IMG/VR virus record: IMGVR_UViG_3300034685_000230
Span: 1-64,000 of that record
DNA: 64,000 nucleotides
Strand: one strand, 5' to 3'
Source of the DNA: a virus
Shown: positions 38,560 through 46,654 of the stretch, piece by piece
Layout of the letters: every line of letters starts with the position of its first letter
Position numbering within the stretch: position 1 is the first letter of the stretch
Notes under the pieces: generated by a model
Told to the model about the DNA's origin: nothing
The model's database searches: none
Seen by the model: the letters and a program-made list of their open reading frames with translations, nothing else
Position numbers and translations under genes: made by a program

Positions 38560-38923
38560 TGCTTACCATTCCCTTTTCATTAATTATATCATATATTTCC
38601 TTATCTCTACTGTTTGTATCCGTGTAGTACGCCTCTACCTTCCTAGCGATGATTAAGCTCGCTAAGTCAGCGTACTTCAGCTTTATTAAACCTTCATCAT
38701 CGCTTGACACCGTAGTATCACCGCTTAGTGGCTTCGTCTTATACATCACGTGCATGTACACGTAGTCCTTGTCTTCAGTTATAACGTCTGAAAACAATAT
38801 CATCCCACCGACATATACCCTAATATTCTGGGTCTGGTCGGTAAAGTCTGACTTTACGATAAAGTACGTTGAGTTTCTATCCCGCTTAAACTTTAGCGCT
38901 GCTAGCAGCCTGTCGTAGTCCAC
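38549..38923 (-). CDS. hypothetical protein
   Basis: Overlaps neighbours in a coupled operon. Confidence 0.55.
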   Translation of the reverse strand: MDYDRLLAALKFKRDRNSTYFIVKSDFTDQTQNIRVYVGGMILFSDVITEDKDYVYMHVMYKTKPLSGDTTVSSDDEGLIKLKYADLASLIIARKVEAYYTDTNSRDKEIYDIINEKGMVSSES

Positions 38924-39402
38924 TAGAAGTCAGACTCCCTTCTATCCTGGTAGTAGACGTTTAGTACTACGCTGTAGCAGACGTCCCTGTGCACGTCGGT
39001 GCTACCCAGCTGAAACTTGTAGTACCGGTCGTCGTAGGGAAGCTTAAGCTCAACGATGTCATCTTCCTTAGGGTGGTCGTCGAACTTCATGATTCCGTTT
39101 AGCGTAGTGTTTGTCTCTACCGAGTGTCCGTAAGCTTTGAGTACTTCGTTGAACCGGTTGTAGTCAACGTAAACGTGAGTGTTTACCGTGTGGTACAAGT
39201 CCTCGTCCGTATGGTACGTAGTAGGGGTGTCTTGATACATAGGGTCCAGGACGGGCTGAATCCCTACCCATTTTCTAAGCCTGCACGGTATACCGTACAG
39301 TTCGATAATCTCGTCAGCGTAGTGCCTGAGTAGCGGCTTGTCGTCTAACTCGTGAAATATCTCGTTAAAGTTGATCTCTGCCAACCTACACCACCATTCC
39401 AA
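38923..39402 (-). CDS. head closure / neck protein (gp14-like)
   Basis: EIIELYG..DPMYQD..LKAYG..PKEDDIV pattern. Confidence 0.5.
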   Translation of the reverse strand: MEWWCRLAEINFNEIFHELDDKPLLRHYADEIIELYGIPCRLRKWVGIQPVLDPMYQDTPTTYHTDEDLYHTVNTHVYVDYNRFNEVLKAYGHSVETNTTLNGIMKFDDHPKEDDIVELKLPYDDRYYKFQLGSTDVHRDVCYSVVLNVYYQDRRESDF

Positions 39403-39945
39403 ACCAGTCAGTTTGCTTGTCTTTTCGCATCGCAGCTAGCGTGTGCTCAACAGTGTTAAAGTAAGTGTAGACTCTCTTACCCCTATCGCTGTCGTAGCGC
39501 GAGAGCCAGTACAGCAAGGAACTCCTAGTGTCTACGTGTATAAACGACAGTTTACTACCGCTTTCAAGCTGGTTTAAACCGACGCAGTTAAAAACACCCG
39601 TTGCTTTTAGCAACACCTCACCGGCGTTTAACTTTCCGCATGTAGTAAAGTCAACGGCATCTCCGCTTGAGTGCAAGCTTGAGTTACACAGCTCAGTACT
39701 TCTACCGCACTCTAGACAGCGGTAAGCGCTTACGATCCTGACCGGAGTGTTACCAATGCCAGACCTAAGCTTTTCCAGTCTGTCAAGTAAGCTCGCGCTT
39801 ACTACTACTCTCCCGCAGTGTCGGCACTTAAACTCACCGACTCTAAAGTGTGGGGACAGGTGCCTACCGCTATAACGGTAACCGTCACTTACTCTAACGT
39901 ATGGTGAGCGGTAAAGCCAGCTCCTACACTTTTCTACGACTGCTC
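39386..39945 (-). CDS. peptidase M15A (Zn peptidoglycan peptidase); N-terminus has no canonical start codon
   Basis: The frame of 39386-39676 is open upstream: HLSPHFRVGEFKCRHCG..LLDRLEKLR..IVSAYRC..SLHSSGDAVD..FIHVDTR. Confidence 0.75.
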
Positions 39946-40428
39946 TAAAAAAGGGACGTCTTTCTTACTCTCCTCCATGGAGAAGAGAATAACGTTACTC
40001 ACGAACAGTGTCTTCATGTTGTCACTAAGTTCAACGATGTAAAACTTCTGTAGGTCGTCCTCACCTAAGTCAGCTACAAAGTCAACCGTTAGGAAGCCAT
40101 TTATCGTGACGGCGTAGTCGTTGGGTGAGAAGTCTTCAACGTCTACAGCCCTACCGTCGGGCGTCATGATTTTTTGACCTGGGTATACTACAATATTATG
40201 ATCTTGCAGGCCCATGCCTGACACCCTAATCAGCTTACCGACAGCGGCGTCTATCTCCTGCATATTTAGTATATTCGAGGTTTCCTCACCGTTGGGCCTG
40301 AAACCCGCCACTCTGAAGTCTGAGTTGAGTAGTTCTTTCTTAAAACTGTCGTACACCGCGTAGGCTTGTACGTTGCCGTGCGATGTGTACAGCTCGGAGT
40401 TTTCGTGTACAATGAACCTTTGAGTCAT
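39934..40428 (-). CDS. free-standing degenerate Hint (intein-like) domain protein
   Basis: IVHENSELYTSHG (block A-like), IVVYPGQKIMTPDGRAVDVEDFSPND (block B-like), FYIVELSDNMKTLFVSNVILFS (block F/G-like). Catalytic C, H and N are absent. Confidence 0.55.
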   Translation of the reverse strand: MTQRFIVHENSELYTSHGNVQAYAVYDSFKKELLNSDFRVAGFRPNGEETSNILNMQEIDAAVGKLIRVSGMGLQDHNIVVYPGQKIMTPDGRAVDVEDFSPNDYAVTINGFLTVDFVADLGEDDLQKFYIVELSDNMKTLFVSNVILFSMEESKKDVPFLEQS

Positions 40429-40468
40429 TTCGTACTCTCCTTTAGCTTAACTACTTATAATATTAAGT

Positions 40469-43321
40469 TCAAAAATACTTAACTTTACTGCTTCTACTCT
40501 TAGACATAAACTTGTTAAACACACCGTTGCTCTTAGCGGTTACCTCAAACGGTAGCTGCCAGCCCAGTGCGTTGTAAAAAGACTCAACTGGCTTAATAAT
40601 TAGTCTTTCCTTCATCTTATCGTAGTCAACGTCAAGCTTACCCTCGATTAGCTGCCAGTACTGGCTTCCGTCCGGTACGGACAGCACGTACTCCTTCCTT
40701 TGGTTTAACTCACTATCACTCCATTTCTTAACGTATATGTACTTAACTTTACCGGTCTTAATCTTGTCAGTCTTTTTCTTAGCAAAGTAGTCGTTCCACA
40801 CCCTGGCTCCCCTTATGTGAACGGGGAGGTTCTTGACGTATGAGTCGACGTTGTTCACCGATATGGGGAGAGCTATATCCTTTAGCTGGTACTCGTTCCT
40901 TAACCTCTCGCACTCTCGCACAACTATAGAGTCTACTCTGTCCTTACCATCAAGCTTTAGTATACTTAGCAAAACATTTTCTAAAAACGGTTTTAGCGCC
41001 TTCGGCGTGCTAGACCGTCTTAGGGATATACCGACGGACTTTAGCTTGTCTACCGGTACACCCTCGCTGAATATAATGTGTATGGCGTACGCTTTCTTCG
41101 CCACAAATATCCCCGTGTCGGCTAGCCACTCGTTCTTTATAGTCAAAAAATTATTAGACCTACTTACCCTATACTTGTAGAATATGTCTCTACACACCGA
41201 GTATATAGACTCGTTGATGTAGTCTTGACACTCCTTAGAGACAGCGGATATCTTCTTCAAAACTTCAGGGTCCCTCTCCGTTGGGTTGTAGTCTACCACG
41301 CCCTCGAGAGTAAATATGATTGAGTCGGTGTCGTTCGTTATAACATAGTCTTTTTCCTGGCTGGCTTGTGTCTTACCGTTTAGAAACTTATTCAGGAGGT
41401 AAGAACACGTTCTTATCAAGAGCTGGCCCGTAGTTGTAATACCCTCCGATATGTCTAAGTTGTACAGCCTGAAGCCCTCGTTAGCCGTAGCCCCGTAGAC
41501 CGAGTTGTTGATGATTTTAACAGCCGTTTGGTAGACGTTGTACATGTTGTAGAGACTCTCGTTTCCCCGCTCTAAGTTGGCTAACATAAGCTTCTTATAC
41601 TTTTCTCTCGACTGCATTATGTCGTCGATAACCTTAGCGATAATAGCATCATCTTTACTCTGGTCGACTATCAGCCCGTTTGGTAGTAGGCAAAAGTTGT
41701 TGTCTCTCAGCCATCTCTTAAGGACCCCTAAGTTCTCAAACTTGCTCGGAAAACCCTTGTCTGTGTACAAGTCGTAATACTCAACTTCCATGTCGATATA
41801 CTCTCTCTCAACGGACTTTAAGTTTACAGTACTCTTACTCTCAATATCTTTAAGGAGCCTAACGTCGTACTGCAGGTACTTCGGTAGCAGCTCGTCTCTA
41901 ACGTACTCTAGACTGTCGATATTTAGCGCTTTTGCTATAGTGTAAGCGACTAGCTGCTGGTAGCAGTCTACCCTGCCGACCAATGTTTCGGTAGACAGTA
42001 AAAACGTTTTAACTATTGACGGGTATAGGGACTTAAAGTCTAGGTCAGACACCCACTTGAACAGTCCCTTAAGCGGTGGCTTTACGTACGCTCCTAAGTA
42101 CTTATCCTTCGAAGTGTGCTTTGGTTTTGATGGAAGCACGTAGTTCCAGCCGCTCTCCTCCCTACGCCTAACAGCCTCCATTAAGAGAAGGTTGTCTATA
42201 ACTCGAGTCTCGTAAAATATGTCCTGAAAGTTAACCTTTGAGATGTTTCTTATCGTAACAGCTAAGTTTATTATCTTCAGCTTGTCTTCCAGCATTGTTA
42301 GCAAGCGTACGTCTTGAACGTTGTACTTGCAAAACTTAGTAAAATCACTTAAGTACAAGTCGGACGGGTCAACGTACTCTTCGTCACCCGCGCCGTTGAT
42401 TAGCTTTGACTCGCCGAGTTCTTCCTCGGCGATGTACTTCAGCGCGTACGACGGTTTTTCGGTGTCGGTGTACTTCTTGTACAGCGTTAGCATGTCTACA
42501 ACGTCTATACCTGGGATAACGTTGTCCATGTCTAAGTCTTGGTTGTTTTCAAGCGCGTACCTAACCTTTGAGCTAACGTAGTCAAACGGGCTTAACACTC
42601 TAAGCCCGTCTACACCGATGTAGTCGACTACCTTCCTACAGATGTACGGAATGTCAAACTTAGAATTCCAAGCGGTTACAATGTCCGGGTAGTTCTTCTT
42701 AACAAACTGTATAAACGAAACGAGTAGCGCTTTGGGACTGTCAAAGAGGTATACCTCTACCTCACCGTACTCCCTTACTTCCTTCTCAACTTTCGCCTGC
42801 GCGACTGATCGCTTGTTAGCTTCGTCTCTAGTTAGCAAAAACCACGAGTAAAACTTACTCGTGTAGTTGTCGTATACCGTTACGGCGTTTATGTCGGCTA
42901 GGTTGTTCTTAAAGCTAGGCATGTTCCCGTCGGTGACGTAAGTCTCAATGTCTAGGTAGAATATTCTCGGGGATATAGTCGACGGAAACTCTACGTTGTA
43001 GAACGAGTCACACACAAACCTCTGCTCGGGTGACACGTCCGCTTCCCCGTGCGGTAGGTTGGATGACTTGTAGAGTTCGTACGCTTCCTTAGGGCTAACG
43101 TACACTTTTACTAATTCTTCACCCGTGTTTAAGTGCTTGTAGACAGTATCGTTGACACCGTACCTACGGTATCTAGAAGACATAAAAATGTAGTGGTCGA
43201 AGGGAACTGAAGCGTAGTTAAGTCGGTGTGCCCCCCTCACCCTGTAGTACATGTCAATGCAGCGGTTCTTACTGTTATACTTTATCTTAGTAGGTAAAAA
43301 ATTAATCTTTCTATGCGTCAC
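40469..43321 (-). CDS. family B DNA polymerase (gp43-like)
   Basis: ExoI DIET, ExoII WNSKFDIPY, ExoIII YNVQD; DFKSLYPS, KIINNSVYG, NDTDS. Confidence 0.95.
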   Translation of the reverse strand: MTHRKINFLPTKIKYNSKNRCIDMYYRVRGAHRLNYASVPFDHYIFMSSRYRRYGVNDTVYKHLNTGEELVKVYVSPKEAYELYKSSNLPHGEADVSPEQRFVCDSFYNVEFPSTISPRIFYLDIETYVTDGNMPSFKNNLADINAVTVYDNYTSKFYSWFLLTRDEANKRSVAQAKVEKEVREYGEVEVYLFDSPKALLVSFIQFVKKNYPDIVTAWNSKFDIPYICRKVVDYIGVDGLRVLSPFDYVSSKVRYALENNQDLDMDNVIPGIDVVDMLTLYKKYTDTEKPSYALKYIAEEELGESKLINGAGDEEYVDPSDLYLSDFTKFCKYNVQDVRLLTMLEDKLKIINLAVTIRNISKVNFQDIFYETRVIDNLLLMEAVRRREESGWNYVLPSKPKHTSKDKYLGAYVKPPLKGLFKWVSDLDFKSLYPSIVKTFLLSTETLVGRVDCYQQLVAYTIAKALNIDSLEYVRDELLPKYLQYDVRLLKDIESKSTVNLKSVEREYIDMEVEYYDLYTDKGFPSKFENLGVLKRWLRDNNFCLLPNGLIVDQSKDDAIIAKVIDDIMQSREKYKKLMLANLERGNESLYNMYNVYQTAVKIINNSVYGATANEGFRLYNLDISEGITTTGQLLIRTCSYLLNKFLNGKTQASQEKDYVITNDTDSIIFTLEGVVDYNPTERDPEVLKKISAVSKECQDYINESIYSVCRDIFYKYRVSRSNNFLTIKNEWLADTGIFVAKKAYAIHIIFSEGVPVDKLKSVGISLRRSSTPKALKPFLENVLLSILKLDGKDRVDSIVVRECERLRNEYQLKDIALPISVNNVDSYVKNLPVHIRGARVWNDYFAKKKTDKIKTGKVKYIYVKKWSDSELNQRKEYVLSVPDGSQYWQLIEGKLDVDYDKMKERLIIKPVESFYNALGWQLPFEVTAKSNGVFNKFMSKSRSSKVKYF

Positions 43322-43376
43322 TTTAGCCAGCTGTTAACTTCTAACCCCCCTTCAAACTTGCTCTTCTCAACACTCA

Positions 43377-44171
43377 CTAAACTTCTAAAATTCTACTAAG
43401 ACGACTGGCCTGCCACTCCTCCGCCTCACCCTTCGCTTTCTTAGCTACGGCTCGGGCATCTTCTATCTCTACGCTATTATCCGCTAGCGTGTCAGCTAGA
43501 ACCGTAGCGTACACGGCGTTTCTAGCCGCTCTGGCGGTAAGCTTCGCGGCACTCACCGCGCTACCGTCAGTTAGCGAGGCAAACATGTCGCTTAGAGCTA
43601 TTAACCGGCTGTGGTGGGAGTCAACCTCGCGCGTACACATTGCCTTAGACTTAACCGACCGGCTGAAAATATCATGCACCCACTGCCGGGTGTGGTCGTA
43701 GTTAATCTTGTGTACGTACGCTTTCCTACACGCAAACGCATTGGTTAGGAAGCGCGCCGCGTCTACCGCGCTGAACAGGTAAGCGTTGTCAGGGTACATT
43801 TTTTCGTACAGCGCAAGCACGTACTCCACACAGTCGGAGGCAAACTTTCGAGCCGCGTCCTCAGTCCAACCGGTGCATTCTCTCACAAGCCTACACTCTC
43901 GAGCAACGTACTCGTCACCGCAGTCAACCACCTCTTGACCAACCTCAGTTTTGAATATTCTAGGACCCAACCGGTTTAGTAGCTGTCTAGTATCGGCAAC
44001 GTGGTACCCGTTTGAACACCCCTTTAACTCTCCGTCGGCTAGACTCATCCACTCACCGGGAGTCCAGCTGCCGTTTCTGCTAAGCGTGGGTAGAGACCAC
44101 TTAACCGTGTCGCCGTGACACGAGTACCCTGACTCGTTGAGTACCTTGTAGAGGTTAACTTTCCTTTCCAC
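43377..44171 (-). CDS. hypothetical protein
   Basis: AGGAGG RBS; CSNGYH motif and Ala-rich helical C-terminus. Confidence 0.6.
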   Translation of the reverse strand: MERKVNLYKVLNESGYSCHGDTVKWSLPTLSRNGSWTPGEWMSLADGELKGCSNGYHVADTRQLLNRLGPRIFKTEVGQEVVDCGDEYVARECRLVRECTGWTEDAARKFASDCVEYVLALYEKMYPDNAYLFSAVDAARFLTNAFACRKAYVHKINYDHTRQWVHDIFSRSVKSKAMCTREVDSHHSRLIALSDMFASLTDGSAVSAAKLTARAARNAVYATVLADTLADNSVEIEDARAVAKKAKGEAEEWQASRLSRILEV

Positions 44172-44376
44172 AGCATTTCCTCCTTTGTTTAATGAAAAAT
44201 ATTTTCTATTACTATAACACTTTGACTTTTTTTCTCTCCTATTTTATTACCTACACTTATTATATCACATTTCTTTATAAAGTAAACTAGCAATCAACAC
44301 AAAATATACTTAACACGCTTACATGATATTTTTCTACTAGCTATTTATTCATTTTTTTATATACTGTACACTACTA

Positions 44377-44670
44377 TTATAACTCCCTCATGTACAAGTC
44401 ACCCACGAAGTCAAACTGAGTGCCGTACGGCCACTCGTCAGGATCGTCGTAGTCACTTTTTCTCTCCGTTACCCTAAAGCTACTCTCCGCGACTACTACC
44501 GCTACAACAACGCCGCCCTCCGTAACCTCGTCTGGAATTCCGTCTGGGTCGTCTGAGTAGTCGTCAAGTATGTTTTGAGCCATTCTCATCGCATCTTCCT
44601 TACTGTCGGCTAAGTACTTACAGTTGTTAAATTTATCGTAGACAATCCACCTAACTCTTTTGTCTTCCAT
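44377..44670 (-). CDS. hypothetical protein
   Basis: AGGAG RBS. Confidence 0.6.
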   Translation of the reverse strand: MEDKRVRWIVYDKFNNCKYLADSKEDAMRMAQNILDDYSDDPDGIPDEVTEGGVVVAVVVAESSFRVTERKSDYDDPDEWPYGTQFDFVGDLYMREL

Positions 44671-44790
44671 CTTACTCTCCTTTTTACTTATAGTTAATAT
44701 ACACCAACAACTTATTATCTATGATCTTTTCATTCAGACTAAATGCTTGCAAAATATAAATTAATAATATAGAAATACTGAGTGTATCAG

Positions 44791-44890
44791 AGTACCTGTG
44801 GAACACAGGGAATTTACGCCTGTGGAGACTTCGGAAGTCTGTAGTCGCTGAAGCAGGAAGACTACAACTTTTAAGTTGTAGTTAGTTCAC
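44791..44890 (+). ncRNA. orphan TnpB-type omegaRNA scaffold (copy A)
   Basis: AGTACCTGTGGAACACAGGGAATTTACGCCTGTGGAGAC...GTCGCTGAAGCAGGAAG-ACTACAACT/AGTTGTAGT-TAGTTCAC; no tnpB ORF upstream. Confidence 0.7.
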
Positions 44891-44910
44891 CAAAATCTCT
44901 TTATTTTTTC

Positions 44911-45162
44911 TTATCTTTCTTTTTTATTTCTTCTAACTTTGTATTCTTCATACTTAAGCTCTTTGATTACTTCCCACGTGGGTTCATCCTCGTTGTATAC
45001 TTCGCACCACGTGTTAAAGATGTCCTTTAACAGGGCGCGACACTCTTGTTCAGAAAAATTGCCGGCTGAACCAGCACTAACACAAACACTCATTATTTTG
45101 TCAAGTAGAAAATCTTTTTTTAAAACTAACTTTTTAAGTTCATCGACACTTAAATCCACCAT
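44911..45162 (-). CDS. hypothetical protein
   Basis: AGGAGG RBS; has a decayed paralogue at 45629-45854. Confidence 0.6.
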   Translation of the reverse strand: MVDLSVDELKKLVLKKDFLLDKIMSVCVSAGSAGNFSEQECRALLKDIFNTWCEVYNEDEPTWEVIKELKYEEYKVRRNKKER

Positions 45163-45216
45163 TACTTTATCCTCCTTTTACTTTGTATATATTTGAAACC
45201 TATTCCTAACTAAAAC

Positions 45217-45627
45217 CTAGTCTGTGAGTAATTTATCTTGGTTCTCCCTTACAGCCACTGCGGAGGCGTAGTCAGTCTCAAGCTGAGCGTAGTAATCAGC
45301 GTTAAAGCTAGTTATAAACTTGTATACTTCGATCTTACCCCTTTCCAAACCTTCCTGAATAATTCTAACAAACTCTTTAATTGCTTCTACAATGTTACTT
45401 TGAGTGTCCTCCGAACAGGGAGTGTCAAACAAGACGCGAATTTTTACTTTTCTCTCTCCGGTTGGATGGTTTATTAGTATACCTGAATCATTCATTACAG
45501 AGTAGCTAAACATGCAATCAACGTCAATAGAACAGTCGTTAATGTCTTCTCGCTTTGAATTAACAAAGTCCCTAAACTCGCTTAGCTTCATGTGTATGAG
45601 TTCTTCACGCTTCGCTAAGTTAGTCAT
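45217..45627 (-). CDS. hypothetical protein
   Basis: GAGG RBS. Confidence 0.55.
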   Translation of the reverse strand: MTNLAKREELIHMKLSEFRDFVNSKREDINDCSIDVDCMFSYSVMNDSGILINHPTGERKVKIRVLFDTPCSEDTQSNIVEAIKEFVRIIQEGLERGKIEVYKFITSFNADYYAQLETDYASAVAVRENQDKLLTD

Positions 45628-45628
45628 C

Positions 45629-45854
45629 TTACGCCTCTTCTTTTAATTTTCTAACTATTCTCCACACGGAGTCGTATTCTCTCTCTACTTCACACCACAC
45701 CGCGTCAATGTCTTTTAATACAGCGCGACACTCATACTCAGGAAAACCGCTGCCAGTAGGACTAGCGTTTAACGTGAACTGTTAGAATCTTATCTAACAT
45801 GGAACCTAACTACAGTGTTACCTTTCTTAACTCCACAATATTCAAGTCAGACAC
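45629..45854 (-). pseudogene. pseudogene paralogue of 44911-45162
   Basis: Reads VSDLNIVELRKVTL*LGSMLDKILTVHV/..FPEYECRA/LKDIDAVWCEV..WRIVRKLKEE, versus MVDLSVDELKKLVL..LLDKIMSV..FSEQECRALLKDIFNTWCEV..WEVIKELK. One stop and two frameshifts. Confidence 0.7.
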
Positions 45855-45983
45855 TACACTACCTTTCTTCTTCTATTCTTCATTCCATTATTCACGTGTA
45901 TATTATACCATACTGCTACTAAAAAGTAAACAGGCCGACACTACAACGTGTGTCGACCTGTACAGTACTTACTCAACAATCCT

Positions 45984-46208
45984 TTACGCGGTTTTAACTC
46001 GCTTTCTTCTATACCTTTCAGAACGGCTATTGGGTTTTAAATCAAACTGGCTACTCACCGGGGTTACCAACAGCTGGTGATCCTCGGGGTCATACTTCAT
46101 GAACACTACGTCACCGGGGTTGACCCTCAAGGATTTTAAAATACCCGGTGGTAGAATAATCCTATTCATCGAGTCAACCTTTGCCGTAGCTTCCATTAAA
46201 ACGCCCAC
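45984..46208 (-). CDS. AbrB/MazE-family transcription regulator
   Basis: AKVDSMNRIILPPGILKSLRVNPGDVV. Confidence 0.75.
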   Translation of the reverse strand: MGVLMEATAKVDSMNRIILPPGILKSLRVNPGDVVFMKYDPEDHQLLVTPVSSQFDLKPNSRSERYRRKRVKTA

Positions 46209-46240
46209 CCCTCCACAGTTACTCGTGTGATAAATTATTT

Positions 46241-46561
46241 CTACTCACTAACAACTTCTACCTTTAACTTACCCCCACTGTCTAACTCACCACTGCTATA
46301 ATTTAAGTCATCCGTGTTTGAATTCTGTTCTAGCGCCGTAGACCTGTAGTAGTCTATTACTTTATTTATCTGTTCTTGAAACTCATCTTGGCTAATGTAC
46401 TCCTTCTCTACTAGTAGCCTAGCCAACGCTTCTAACCTAACGACAACTTGAAACACCGACACCTCAGTCTCGCTAAGCTGTGACTCTAGCACTGCCACTT
46501 TCTTGCCCAGCTGTCCTACTCCCTTAGCTTGAGTCGAACCGTTCTTAGACCTACTTCCCAC
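46241..46561 (-). CDS. hypothetical protein
   Basis: GGAGG RBS; LEALARLLVEKEYISQDEF motif. Confidence 0.55.
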   Translation of the reverse strand: MGSRSKNGSTQAKGVGQLGKKVAVLESQLSETEVSVFQVVVRLEALARLLVEKEYISQDEFQEQINKVIDYYRSTALEQNSNTDDLNYSSGELDSGGKLKVEVVSE

Positions 46562-46595
46562 ACTTATCCCTCCCTAAATTCTACACCACTCATAT

Positions 46596-46642
46596 TGGAC
46601 ATAATGGACACTAACGGTAACTATAATGGACATAATGGACAC
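46596..46642. repeat. direct repeat TGGACATAATGGACAC x2 (9-bp ATAATGGAC units)
   Basis: Copies at 46596-46611 and 46627-46642, just after the nrdJ stop. Confidence 0.8.
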
Positions 46643-46654
46643 CGCGCTACCTCA

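Noticed and set aside
44730-44760. Possible decayed tnpB C-terminal D.NA..NI remnant before omegaRNA copy A
   Set aside because: Needs two frameshifts within about 30 nt; too weak to call.
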